Origin: Felis catus
Lineage: Eukaryota
Direction of reading: 5' to 3'
DNA: 64,000 nucleotides
Assembly: GCF_018350175.1 (NCBI RefSeq)
Contig: NC_058383.1
Coordinates: 17,918,001-17,982,000, forward strand
Shown: piece after piece, positions 34,101 to 47,613 of the stretch
How the letters are laid out: every line of letters starts with the position of its first letter
How positions within the stretch are numbered: the stretch's first letter is position 1
Program-made: the position numbers and the translations under genes
Notes under the pieces: generated by a model
Seen by the model: only the letters and a program-made list of their open reading frames with translations
What the model was told of the DNA's origin: nothing
Databases searched by the model: none

Positions 34101-36789
34101 GCCCAGGGAGGGAGGAGGGAGTGGGTCTTGGGATGCATGTCTCACTGGGACCTGGGTAGAAAGGGATGTTCTCTTTCCCAAAAGCGGGCTGGAATGTGCC
34201 AGAGTTCAGAGAGGACCCAACCTGAGGGACAGTACTGGGGGAGAGATGAACCAGGCCCCTGTACCCCTGAGTGGGTGGGTCCAGATTTATTTATTTACTT
34301 TTGAAACATTCCTTATTTTGAAATTAATTTTTTATGGTTTTACTTATTTTTTTAAATATACATATTTTTTATTTTTAAGTAATCTCTACACCCGATGTTG
34401 GGCTCAAATTTAACCCAGAGATCAAGAGTCGCATGCTCTACCAACTGAGCCAGCCAGGCACCCCTCCAGATTTAAACCCAGTAAAATTATTGAGCACTTA
34501 CACTGTGCCAGGCACCGGGCTGTGCTTCATGGGTGCATTTTGGCAAGCACAATCCCTCAACTCCCATTGTGGAGTTCACAGTCAAGTGTATGTATGCCTG
34601 TGGGGTAGTGGCAGAGTTGAAAGGGAGACAGCTGTCTGGGAAAGCTGAAGAATAGGAAAGTCCTCTACCTCCCCTTCATGGTGGAGGGGAGGGTGTTTCA
34701 AGAAAAAAAAAACGCCAAGCATAGAATGACCAGGGACTAGAGACTAGACAGAAAGCCTGCTCTGTGAGTTTGGGCTTCGTGCTTCAACTCCCTGGGTCTT
34801 GTTTCCACCCTCTATAAAATGGGTATTAATTCCCATCCCACAGAACTTGTGGATATGAACACCATTTGGGAACAGTTTAGTGAAATATAATCATTACAAT
34901 GAATAGTTAGGCCCTGTCTTGGTGGACTTAGAGTCTAGCTGTGGAGACAGGATAAATGCAGAGAATGATTCACAGCGTTTGGTCAGGAGTACAGAAGTAG
35001 AGAGCATAGCAGCTGTGTCTGGGAGTATGGGGATGACTTTATGAAGGCCAGGAGAAGTGGGTCAGGTGGAAGTGGAGGGGCAGGTGTGCTAAGCAGAGAG
35101 CACAGACGGGCACAGGCCTGGAGAAGTGAAAGATCACGTTGCCAGAATGGTAATGGGGCTTGAGCAGAGGGTGCAAGGGGCTGGAGACCAGAGACTGGAG
35201 GGGCTTCAATGCCAGGCTGAGGGTTGAGAACTTGGGAGCCTTGGAAAGGTTTGAAACAGGAGAACATAATGGAATGTGAGTCTGTAATCGTTTCTTTGGG
35301 TCCTATTATGAAAGTTGGAACCGAGCGGAGGGGAGTCAAAGACCCCAAGAGGACTGCTACTTGGTCACCTCCGCCTGGGGGGCTGGGATGGCCAGTGGCC
35401 CCTTTCTCCATTCTGGGCAAGAACAAGTTTGGCTGACTGTATGACTTTGAGGTGCCCTCTCCTGGGGAAATAGCGGCTGAGGAAACCCCAGGAGGCCACG
35501 ATGGGCAAGGACACCCATCTCCTCCTTCATCTGCTTCCTTTAGGACCCAGTGTCCTGAGGAAGATGCCTCCTCCGTCTCCCTCCTCCAGCCTCATGCCAA
35601 TGCCTCTAAGACATTTTCTTTTCTGGGCACTGGGGCCCAGCCACCTGTTGTCTCTAAGAAGAGAGAAGGAGCCACCCTAAACTTAGCAGCTGCCCTCGGC
35701 CTCCTGCACTGGCCCCTCCCTACTTCAGTGGACAGCTGTCTCACCTTATAAGGTTACCATGGGGGTCTAGGCCCAGGGAGGAGCCTTATTCCTGGATTCT
35801 GGGAGGGGAGGAAAACTCCAAAGAGGGGAAAAGGGAAAGTGCTCAGGTAGCTTGGGCCAAATGAAAAGTGGGGAAGTTGAGGAGGAGATCAGGAGCTGTA
35901 TATCTAATTCAGACACTGAATGAGAATACACAGGATCTGGGTCTGAGCTGGGAGTGAGTAGCCTAAGAGAACTCAGAAACCAAGGAGGACCTGGGCATTG
36001 GGAGCTAGGTCTGACTGAAATTTCAGGATGGTGGACTCTGTATGGAAATTTGGGCCCTCTAACCCTGAGGCTCAGAGGGATGTGGGTCAGAGAAAGGAGA
36101 GGCTTGTAAAGTCAGGGCTTTGTGTTTGTGGTCTAGGGTAGCAAGGGCGGGGGGGGGTACTCAGGAGATTGGGGTCTGGTTTCTTAGAAAATGAGGAGTA
36201 TAGAGAGGTGTGGCAGTGAGGGGAGAGGAGTTGATGGGATAGGTCCTGGATACCCAAAAGAATAAGAATACAGATATGGGAGTTCCTGTTACTGGGAATT
36301 CATAGTTTGGGTCTAGGATGCCTACTAGAATGCTGGGGGGCGGCACTCAGAGGATGAGGAATTAGAGCCTGGATTCTGGGGAGGAGCTCAGATAGCTGGG
36401 GAGCTAGGAGAAGGACTTAAGGGCTTGGGAGGATCTAGAGAAATGGGTCGCTTAGAGGATTTGGAGGCTCTGGTTATAGTCGCCTGGGCTTTGGAGTATT
36501 GAAGTTGGTTGTGAGACCGAGATGAGAACTAGAGACGGAGTGGAGGTTGAGAGGACTTGATCAAGGCATTGGATCTGTGGTAGGGTCTCACAGACCACGA
36601 CAGTGAGGTGGCTCTGAAGCTGGATGGAGAAGGGGAGCCTAGGAGGCGCTTGACTGGCTCAGTTGGTAGAGCATGCGACTCTTGATCTCGGGGTCGTGAC
36701 TTGAAGCCGCACGTTGGGTGTGGAGCCTACTTAAAAAAGAGAGAGACAGACAGAATGGGAGCCCAGAAAGGACTCAAACAAAGCAGCGC

Positions 36790-37894
36790 CATGCTCTTAT
36801 TGGCTAAGGGCTGCAGTAATGTCCCTGGCCCCCGCCCCCTCACAGTGCTATCCCCAACTGTCACCCCCCTTCTGCGCTTGTCTCCGGTTGTCACCGATAT
36901 CCCTGGGCTGGCACCGCCTGCTGGCAGCACCCCTACACTTTGGATGCTTCCATTGGCTGAGACAGCCGTCTCTCTTCCTCCCAATTGCTTAAGCGAGGGA
37001 ATGCGTTTATTGGCTGACAATGCAAATTAATTGCAAATTTGGCCTGCCCCCCCCCCCCCCCCAGCTGTCATTCTTTCGTGACCTTCTTGGGAGACTTTAA
37101 GAATTCCTCAGCCCTTCCTATTGACTGCGGATGCCGTCTGTCACTGCCTAAATAGACGCCACTGTCTGTCAACTTGCCCTCCACCTACTCGCCCTTTTCA
37201 TTGGCTCCCTTTTTAGTATTCCTATTGGCCAAGCTAGCCTCTTCTCGCACAGCACCCGCCTCCTTCCGCGGTCATTCACTCTTTAGCCATTTTTATTGGC
37301 CAGGGCGTTCAGCCTCGCGCTTTTCTATTAGTTACTTCTTTCGTCCCACCTCCTCCTGCCTTCACCCCCCTTCTCATTGGTCTTCCAGCCCTTCTTCTTC
37401 TCCATTTCCTCTTCCCAAATTACCCAGCCCCTTCCCACCTCCAGCCCCACCCACCCTTCCAACGATTGGCAGAAACCCAGTTCCCCCTCTCCTATTATTC
37501 GCCCAAACACTCTGACGAGGAGGGAGAAAAAAGGAGCGCGACGGCACTGTCCGCGCGCAGGCGTGAAACGCCGAAATGCTGGCCGCTTAGCCGGCACTGA
37601 GGCGTGTGCGCAGGCGCGAGGTCGGCCGCTCGCCCGGAGCAGGAGGGAGGGGGCGGCGGCGAGAGAGCGCCAGGGGTGAGAGGGCGCGAGCGAGACCCCG
37701 GCGCCTGGCGCCCCAGGACCCTTGCCACGCCTCCGCGCGCCCGGCGGCGGCCCGCGCGCCGCCCTCATCTGCGACGCGCGCCGGGCCGCGCCCTTCGCCT
37801 TCTCCTCTTCCTTGGCGGGCGGCGCGGAGCGGCCTGAGGGGCGGCGCCTTCTGCGTCCGCCCCGGCGGGGTGATGTGAGGGGTGGCCCGCGGCC
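36790..37894 (+). promoter_or_regulatory. TBC1D10B promoter: CCAAT-box array followed by a CpG island
   Basis: ATTGG at 36799, 36952, 37009, 37200, 37224, 37295, 37376 and 37465; octamer ATGCAAAT at 37020; CpG island from ~37530. Confidence 0.7.
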
Positions 37895-40800
37895 ATGGAG
37901 ACGGGCCCGGCGCCCCTGGTGGCCCCGCCGCGCCGTCATGGCGCCCCCGCGGCCCCCTCGCCGCCGCCCCGCGGGTCCCGGGCCGGGCCTGTCGTGGTGG
38001 TGGCTCCGGGGCCGCCAGTGACCACGGCCACTTCGGCCCCCGTCACCCTGGTGGCCCCCGGGGAGGCGAAGCCCGCCTGGGTCCCGGGGCCCACCCAGAC
38101 CTCGGCCCCGGCCTCGACCGTCACAGGCAGCACAGTGGTGGTGCTGACTCTGGAGGCCTCATCCGAAGCCCCGAGGGCGCAAGTCTCCGCTGACCCAGAC
38201 CCCCTGGTGCCCGCGGCAGTGGCAGGAGCCGAGATGTCCATGGCTTTGGGCCCGGGGACAGATTCTCCGAAGACGGAGGAGGCTAGAACCTCACCCGCCC
38301 CTGGACCAGGTACCCCCACCAGGACCCCTTCCAGAACAGTTCCTGGGGTTCTGACCGCCAAACCCCCTCTTGCCCCCAAGCCGGGAACCACAGCTGCCTC
38401 AGGAGTGACCGCGCGGGTTGCAGCAGTGACAGCAGGACAGGTGGCAAGTGGACATGAAGCTGCAGCAGCAACATCAGCATCAACTGCACAGGCTCCAGAG
38501 GACCCCTCAGGGTCTGGCACAGGCCCTTCAGGAACTTGTGAGGCTCTGGTAACTGTCGTGACGGTCACCCCAGCTCCGGAGCCTGCTGAAAACTCTCAGG
38601 ACCTAGGCTCCACGTCCAGCCTGGGACCTGGCATCTCTGGGCCTCGAGGGCAGGCCCCGGACACTCTGAGCTACTTGGACTCTGTAAGCCTCATGTCTGG
38701 GACCTTGGAGTCCTTGGCAGATGATGTGAGCTCCATGGGCTCAGACTCGGAGATAAATGGGCTGGCCCTTCGCAAGACGGACAAGTATGGCTTCCTTGGG
38801 GGCAGCCAGTATTCGGGCAGTCTGTGAGTACCCAGTGGGCACCCCGTGGGGCTTCAGGGAAGCAGAGGTTGGGGAGGAGGAAATGATACACCTTGCCCAG
38901 ATCCTGGCAGCTCAGCCTCCTCCAGGACTTCAGGGGAGTGGCTCCAGCAGGAGTGAGCTACTTGGTGATCCCTGTCATGCCTAGAGCATCCTGAGGTTTT
39001 GGTGGCACTTGCATGTTAGAGTTTCAGGCCAGGTGTCAGGAGTTCTGGGTTTGAGCTTTGCTTTTAGTGTGTTGTGTGCCCTTGAGCTAGTGTTTTCCCT
39101 ATTTCTGTGTCTCAGTTTCCATCTCTATATAGTGAAAGGTTGAATGAGGTAATACTTAAGGTCGTCCCAGCTCCTTGATGTGAAAAACTCCAGCTGTGGG
39201 TCAGATATTCTGGAGGGCTGGCTGGGCAGGGATTCTGGTAGAGATATTTGGTCCCTGAAAGGGAAGGAGTCTGGGAGGGATGCAGTCATCTTCCCTCCCC
39301 CATAGCCCTAGGTCTGATGGGATGATGAGCTGGGGGAGGCCTGGTCGGTAGAGGGGACACCGTGAGGGTAAGGCTCCTCTGCGAAACAGAGAAGGGCAAT
39401 CTTGTGTTTTTACTGAAGGAAGGGGATGGGGGAGGCCTCTTCCCCATTTCCTCATCTCCCCAGCCGGGCTTACTCTTTCCTAGTTCCCTCCAGGGGCCTG
39501 AGTCACTCCTGATGTGGGGGTGTGATTGCCTCTGACTTCTTCCTTCCCTCTCTCTGGGAAGGATCCTGCCCATTGTTCATGTACCGCTTTAACCTGCTGG
39601 TCAGTTCAACCTACAGCATCACCTGAGCACCCAGGTGCCAGGCCCTGTGCTAGGTACTAGGGATAAAATAGTTGTTTCAAGGCACTCATTGTCAAAAGGG
39701 AGAAACAAATACTTAAACAATTGATGTCAATGTGTTTTAGGTTTAGCCTAGAGATCTTTACAGGATTTTGTGAGTACTAGGGAAGGGACCTTTTGCCCAC
39801 TCAGAATTCAACTGAGTCTGTTCCAAATCCTGAAGAATGAGTAGGATTTAGTCTAATCGTGTTATGTGTGTTGGGGTGGGGGGCACCTGCCTGGAGTTGG
39901 GGAAAACACTGTGGGAAGGTATTCTAGGTGTTTTATAATCCAACAAAAAACAGAAAACCTTTGATTGAGCACCAACATTCATGGTCCTAGGAAGGCAACT
40001 GAAGTTTGACCTTGGTGTTTTCCCATGCTGGAAGGATGCACTGTTGTACCCAATGTATAGGTGAAGAAACAGGATTAGAGCAGTTGAGTGAATTGCCCCA
40101 CTCACACCTGGATCTGTGTGACCAGTGGCTTTCTCCTCAATACTCTGCTGCCCTAAGGAACTTGGATTGAATTGGATTTCAGTGAGCCCCTCTTGTGTGC
40201 CAGGCACGTTGCTCGATTATGTTTCTCTGCTTTGTAATTTTGTCCCTCTAAAATCTATCTTCCATGCTGGAAGAACATACTTCTGAGGCCAGGCTGACTG
40301 GGGCACATGTTACCTTAAAAACTTATGGTAGCTCTCCCCTGGCCACAGGATAAAGTCCCATGTGCTTTATTCTGCAGATGGACTCCTTATTTTCTGCCTT
40401 TGCCAGTCTTTCTGGTCTTCTCTCCCACCACTTCTCACCATGCACTTAATACTGTGGTCCTGTTGAACTGATTGTAGTCTCTTCCCCTTCATACTCAGGC
40501 TGTTCCACCTGCCAGGAATGCCTTTCTCCTCCTTCTTGTCTTGGTATGTTCTACTCAGTCCCTCCTGGCTTATAATGAAGATGTCTCCTCCTCTAGGAAG
40601 CCTTTCCTGATATCCACTGCCCCTACTCCAGTCAGTGCCTCTCCTGTGCATTTTTGTTATTTCATTTCCCACACCACATTGCAGTTATCTCCCCTGCAAG
40701 CTTGTGACCTTCTTGAGGGCAGGAAAGATATTACCTAATTCTTCCTGATCCTTAGTAGGGTTTGGAACCAACTTATGATAGAAATTAATGAGCAATGATG

Positions 40801-43717
40801 GGCGCCTGGGTAGCTCAGTTGGTTAAACGTCTGACTTTGGCTCAGGTCATGATCTTGAGGTTCGTGAGTTTGAGCCCTGTGTCAGGCTCTCTGCTGACAG
40901 CTTGGAGCCTGGAGCCTGCTTCAGATTCTGTGTCTCCCTCTCTCTCTGCCCTTTTCCTGCTCACGCTCTGTCTCTCTCTCTCAAAAATACATAATAAATA
41001 TTTTTAAAATATTAATGAGCAATGATTAAGTGGTTCTAAGACAAAAGAAACTAATAGTTAATGAGCCCATCCATTTGCCAGTCCTTTATATACAGTTTCT
41101 CAGTAGTTCTCTCATACCTTTGTGATGTAGATGGTGGCATCCCTTTTTGACAGATGAGGAAGAGATTCAGGTTATCACTTGCCAAGATTTCCCAATTTCT
41201 AATGGACAGAACTGGGATTTGAGCTCAGGTTGGTCTGGAAATTCAAGCGCTTTCTTCCATTCCACTCATTTCCTGGTACTGGCTCCTACACGTAACTGTT
41301 TCAAGACTCCTGGGGTATCTTGAGTGTGAAGCTGTGACAGAACAATGGGCAAACAGTGCAAGGAAAGCTTCATTTGCTTGAGAATCTCGGGTGACTTCAG
41401 GAAGGAGGTAGAGGGAATTGCAGGTGGCCCAGGGGATCTCAAGGGTCTGATAGGAGGAAACTCAGTTGCTTCTAAGGAGGCAGAGAAGTATATTTATATT
41501 TGTTCTGTATTCTGTTTTATGGATAACAATTGCTCTTACTGAGCACTTGCTATTATATAACCTCTCAGGTAGATCCTATTTTTTTCTCCACCTTACAAAT
41601 GAGGAAATTGAGGCTTAGAGGAATTCTATGACTTGCCCAAGGTCACACAATGAGTAAGTGGTAAAGCTAGAACTTGGACCCAGGTCTAATGCAAACTGTG
41701 GCTTTTAAATATTCTGTACCCTCTCCCCAAACTTGTATGTGCCATCAGCAGGATTTGAACACACCCAACATGTACAGAGATCCAACATGAGAACACCATC
41801 TCTGTACAGAGATTCCTTCCAAGGGAAGAAGTCCTTTCAGTGTGGTGAACTAGGCCCTTCGATGGCTAAGTGGCCAGATATCCTGATATTTGGTAGCTCA
41901 CAAAATGCTTTTACATCCAGTCTCTCATTTGAGCCTGGGGAGGTGGGTGGCTTGCTTCAGTTCTGCCAGCAATCCATGTTTTATACCACTGCTGTTGACC
42001 CTTTCCATGCTTTCTTCATCCCGCAGAGAGAGCTCCATTCCTGTAGATGTGGCTCGGCAGCGGGAACTCAAATGGCTGGAGATGTTCAGTAACTGGGATA
42101 AGTGGCTGTCACGGCGTTTCCAGAAGGTTTGGGAGGCTGACTGGTGGGCAGGGCAATGGACAAGTTTGGAAGGGGTTAGGGAGAGCTCATATACTCCAGG
42201 GAAGCCATGATAGTATTTGTTCTCTAGACCACATTGGGGATGGGTGGTTCTTGGGCCTGGGGGGAGGAGTAGTTTTAAAGATAGAAGGCCAGGCCAGGTC
42301 CAGTGGAGTCAAGCCAATGAGATGTGGGAGGGCTGTCCCAGGAAGCCTGAGGACTGCTGGGGAAAGCCTGGAGGCTATGCCAGCCCCTGAAGCTGTCACC
42401 CTGCCTGCCACTCTGCCTTAGGTGAAGCTGCGCTGCCGGAAGGGGATCCCCTCCTCCCTCAGAGCCAAGGCCTGGCAGTACCTGTCCAATAGCAAGGAAC
42501 TCCTGGAGCAGAACCCTGGCAAGTTTGAGGTGTGTCCAGGGTATGGGGACATGTGATACTGTGTGAAGGGTATCATCAGTCCCCCTAGATCCTGAGATAA
42601 TCCCTGATGTCCCACTGCAGGAGCTGGAACGGGCTCCTGGGGACCCCAAGTGGCTGGATGTGATTGAGAAGGACCTGCACCGCCAATTCCCTTTCCATGA
42701 GATGTTTGCCGCTCGAGGAGGGCATGGGTAAGATGGCCTGATCACGTGGGTCAGTCTGTAGAAGGCTCCAGGTGGATACAGGGCTGGGTTGAAAGCTGTT
42801 CTTGCCCTCCAGGGCTTCTAGGAAGGTGGTCCTTAATGTATTGAGTGTCAAGCCATATTGAGGGAACTGTCCTGGGAAGGAGATTCTGACTCAGGGCTGG
42901 GGGGTTGTTGGAGGGGAGATGGAGAGGCACAACAAGGACTTATTGAAGAGGTTGCATTTGAGTTGGGTTTTGAAGGTTAGATGGGAGCAGAGCCAGGGGC
43001 AGGTTTTTCCTGGCTGGGGGTTTATATAAGCTGTCTCTGGGATGTGGGGTTGAGTGGAGCTGAGGCTGGAAAAGCAGTTTCGGGTCAGATCACCAGAGGG
43101 CCTTAAAAATTGTTCCGAGGCACTTGTACTTTTGTTCTCTATGCTAGACTTCCCCAAGATGTATATATATCACTCCTTAGTAATATGCAAGATGGTATTA
43201 GGTGACTCTCAGATGCACATTTTTCATCAGTTGGTTCATCTTTTCAGCAAATATTTAACTGAACACCTGCTATCTGCCAGGAACTGGTCTAGTCACAGAT
43301 GATAGCAGTTAACAAGACAAAAATTCCTGCCCTTATGGGGCTTATTACATTTTAGTGAGGATAGAAAATAAGTAAATAAGACAAAGAAGGAAAGTATGTT
43401 GTATGTGAAAGGGTGGTAAGTATTAAAGAGGAGTTTAAAGCAAGAAAGGGGAATAGAGAATGTGAATGGAGATGTGGTTATAATGATCTGACTTGTGTTT
43501 TAAAAGGATCATTCTGGCTGCTGTGCTGAGAATAGTATAAGGAGACAAGGACGGAAGCAGAGAGACTTGTTAGAAGACTATTTCCATAATCCAGGAGAGA
43601 GAGTATGATAGATATATCAGAATGGTAGCCATGGAACTATGGGGAAAAGTGGTTGGGTTCTGTCTATATTTTGAAAGTAGAGCCAAAAGGATTTGCCAAT
43701 AGATTAGATGTGGACTG

Positions 43718-43751
<34 letters not shown>

Positions 43752-46700
43752 GAATTAAGGCCGACTCTGAAGGTTTTGGGCCTGAGAAACTAGACAAATG
43801 GAGTTGTTCATATATTGGTGTGGATGAGAAAAGGAGGTTAGAGGGGTATGTTAAGAGCTCAGTTTAGGAATGTGAAGTTTGAAATGCTAATTGGACATCC
43901 ATCTGGAGATGTCAAGAAAGTTGGATGTATGACCTGTATAAGTCTGGAATTTGGGGAGAAGTTTAAACTGGAGGTAAGCTGGAGATTGAGAGTTATTGGC
44001 CTCTAGATGGGACTAAATTTCACCTGTGGGATTGGACGAGCTCATCAAGGCAGCAAGTGTAGATACAAAAGGAAACTCAGAGATTGAGCCCTGCAGCTCT
44101 AACATTTCAAGAATGGGAAGATAAGAACGAACCAGCACAGGAAGGAGAAACTAGAGAGGTAGAAGGAGAACCAGGGCAGTGTGATCTCTGGAAGCAAATC
44201 GAAGAGGGGTTTTGGGACCAGTTGTATGGAATGCTGCTGATGGGTCAAGTAAAGTCAAGTCTGCAAATTGACCTCTGGATTCAGCACAGTAGAGGTCATT
44301 AGTGACCTTGATAAAGGCAGTTTGCACAGGGCAGTAGTGTAGAGCCTGACTGGAGAATGGGAGGAAAGAGATTAAAGACAGCAAGTCTGTATTCTGAAGT
44401 TTTGCTGACTAGGTAGAGAGAGAAATGATGTAATGTTTGGAGGGGAAGGGGGGTAGTCAAGAGACTTTTTTTGTAACATAGAGGAAATAACAGATACTGG
44501 TATGCCACTGGGAATGATCTAGTAGGGAGAGAAAAACTGATGATGCAGGAGAGGTGGGAGGCTTGCTGGAGTGATGGACTGTGTAGGTGAGAGGGGATGG
44601 GACGCAGTACCCAAGTGGAAAAGCTGTGTTTGGCCAGGACCACAGACAGTTCACCCACAGCAACAGGGAGAAAGCAGGGACACAGATGCAGGTAGGTGGG
44701 TAAAAATAGCATGGGAGCTTGTGGGAGTTACATGTTTAATAGGTATTAGGTAAAATAACTAGTACATCAAACCTGTCATTTCATGGATGCTATTGCTAAG
44801 TGGAGAAAAAATATTAAGTAAATAGTACTGGGGAGGTATGCAGGTAAAACACAAGATCACACTTCAATGACTGAATTTGGGGATGTAAGAGGTTATTACT
44901 TTTTACTTTTTTCTGGGTAAGAAATGAAAGTCTGAGCTACGGAATGGCTGTGGAGGTAGAGAGAAGGAACAGGCATGAATGAAACTCAACATGTAGTGTT
45001 AAGACTTGATTAGCCACGGGGAGTGATGTAGGGCTCTCTTTTCCAACGTGAGGCTAAGTGAATGGAATTCTCAGACACAACGATGGGCACCCTCAAGAGG
45101 ACAGGTCTAGAGCAGAGATTTTATTCTTTGGGATACAGAGACACGAGAAAGGTCTGAGGCACAGCTGGCTTCTCAAGCCTTCACCAAGAACCAGGTCCCA
45201 ATGGACATGCTGGCAGAGAACTGATGAAATCCACTGAGGCAGTTAGGGCAGGCCCTGCTCTGGGGTGATCAAAGAATTCAGACAGTGCTACGGGAGATCT
45301 GATGCTGTGGACAGTGGAAGCTTTCTGAAGAAGGTGACCTTGAAGGTCTATGGGGTGGTGGCAGATGAAGGATGGAGAGAGAGCACATCCTGTGCTGGGG
45401 AACGGGTAGGGAGCACATAGGATGTGGAGGCAAGGGTGGGAAGCTGGAGCCTGGAATGCTTTGATGATGGTCTCGGTCATTGGCTTAACCTTGATAGCAG
45501 TGCTAGGAAGGTCGGTGGAGGTGCGTGGTGGTGAACCTCTGAGGTTAATCTGGAACTGGATCTAGGAGGGGTCTGGGCTGGGGCTGGTTGTGGGGGGCAG
45601 GCTTAGTTTGGGGCAGAGAGCCCCCAACTCCTGTGATTGCCCTCATGGTCTTTCCCAATACCCACAGGCAACAGGACCTGTATCGAATCCTGAAGGCTTA
45701 CACTATCTACCGGCCCGATGAGGGCTACTGCCAGGCCCAGGCCCCAGTGGCCGCCGTGCTGCTCATGCACATGCCTGCTGAGGTCAGCATACGCTGGTCC
45801 TGGTTGGGGAGGGACTGGGAGGACCTTGGCCTACAGTGGTGATGGGGGAGCTCTCTGCTCCCTGTTTCTCAGGCCCCTCCCTCCTTCCTTGTTCTCGCTC
45901 TTCTCAGCAAGCTTTTTGGTGCCTGGTGCAGATCTGTGACAAGTACCTCCCCGGTTACTACAGTGCAGGGCTGGTGAGTGTCTGGGGGCTGGGTGCACCC
46001 AAGGTTGTGACTTTCTCCTGAGGCTGCAGGGAGGTCCTTGTCCTGCCTCCTCCCTCTCCCCCCCCCCCCCCCTTGGTCCTTTTGTCCCTCTGCTCTGGGC
46101 CTCTCCCACTGAGGTGAGGATCCCCCACTAGGGACAGTCCTACCCCACGGGAGCCACAGTAGGCCTCTTCTCATGGTTCATCCCACTTCCAGGAGGCCAT
46201 TCAGCTGGACGGAGAAATCTTTTTTGCGCTGTTGCGCCGGGCCTCCCCGCTGGCACACCGACACCTGCGGCGGCAACGCATTGACCCCGTGCTCTACATG
46301 ACAGAATGGTTCATGTGCATCTTTGCCCGCACCCTGCCCTGGGCTTCAGTGCTGCGTGTCTGGGATATGTTCTTCTGTGAAGGTACTTCTGTAGCCGTTC
46401 AGGCCATGAGGGGGCCGGGGTTTCCATGGTGGCTGCCAGAGAGTGGCCTGCTGCCCGAAGTTGCCTCTGGGACCTAGGCTTCCCTGTAAGCAGTCTGGGG
46501 GCTGGAGAAACTGGGGCCTAGTCTTGGCTCTGCTATCAGTCCAGAACCTACTGTTCCTCTCAGGAACTCGAAACCCATGGCAGCTCATTTCCCTTCGTGG
46601 GACCTCAGTTTCCTCATCTGTACGGTTGGCACTAGACAGGGATGGGGCCTGTTGAGTCTCTTCTGACTGGGACACACTGAGGTCCCAGCCCTGATCACCC

Positions 46701-47613
46701 GCGCTCTCTTCTTTCTGACCTTGCAGGCGTCAAGATCATCTTCCGCGTGGCCCTGGTGCTGCTGCGTCACACGTTGGGCTCAGTGGAGAAGCTGCGCTCC
46801 TGCCAAGGCATGTATGAGACCATGGAGCAGCTGCGCAACCTGCCCCAGCAGTGCATGCAGGAGGACTTCCTGGTGCACGAGGTAGGCCGTGGCCTTAGCA
46901 CACCCACACCTGCTTCAGCCCATCCCCATCCTCACCTTCACTCCGGTACCCGTTTCTTCTCCGTCTAGGTGACCAACCTCCCAGTGACAGAAGCACTGAT
47001 TGAGCGAGAGAACACAGCCCAGCTCAAGAAGTGGCGAGAAACCCGGGGGGAGCTGCAGTATCGGCCCTCTCGGCGACTACATGGCTCCCGGGCCATCCAT
47101 GAGGAGCGTCGGCGGCAGCAGCCACCCCTGGGCCCCTCCTCCAGCCTTCTTAGCCTCCCTGGCCTCAAGAGCCGAGGCTCCCGGGCAGCTGGAGGGGCCC
47201 CCTCCCCACCCCCTCCTGTCCGCAGGGCCAGTGCTGGGCCTGCCCCAGGACCTGTGGTCACCGCTGAGGGACTGCATCCATCCCTTCCTTCGCCTACCGG
47301 CAACAGCACCCCACTGGGTCCCACCAAGGAGACTCGGAGGCAGGAGAAGGAGCGGCAGAAACAGGAAAAGGAACGTGAGAAGGAGCGGCAGAAACAGGAG
47401 AAAGAACGGGAGAAGCAGGAGAAGGAGCGGCAGAAATGGGAAAAAGAGCAGGAGAAGGAGCAACAGAAGCAGGAGAAGGAACGGCAGAAGCAGGAAAAGA
47501 AGGCCCAAGGCAGGAAGCTCTCACTGCGTCGAAAGGCAGATGGACCCCCAGGCCCCCAGGATGGTGGGGACAGGTCCTCCGCATCTGAGGCCCGGCAGGA
47601 TGCTTACTTCTGA
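37895..47613 (+). CDS. TBC1D10B: TBC1 domain family member 10B (Rab-GAP, EPI64B), 804 aa, 9 coding exons
   Basis: Exons 37895-38823, 42027-42126, 42422-42529, 42621-42727, 45668-45782, 45908-45973, 46193-46382, 46727-46881, 46969-47613 (2415 nt). Pro/Thr-rich N-terminus [15 protein letters not shown] Arg finger IEKDLHR, Gln finger YCQ, charged C-terminal repeat, C-terminal DAYF. Confidence 0.97.
43225..44710 (-). mobile_element. Long L2 fragment in TBC1D10B intron 4, containing (GA)n at 43721-43748
   Basis: cagcaaatatttaactgaacacctgctatctgccagg..., aggatcattctggctgctgtg..., ggtcattagtgaccttgata. Confidence 0.7.

Noticed and set aside
37936-38568. 210-aa antisense ORF
   Set aside because: Mirror of GC-rich TBC1D10B exon 1; no independent domain or signals
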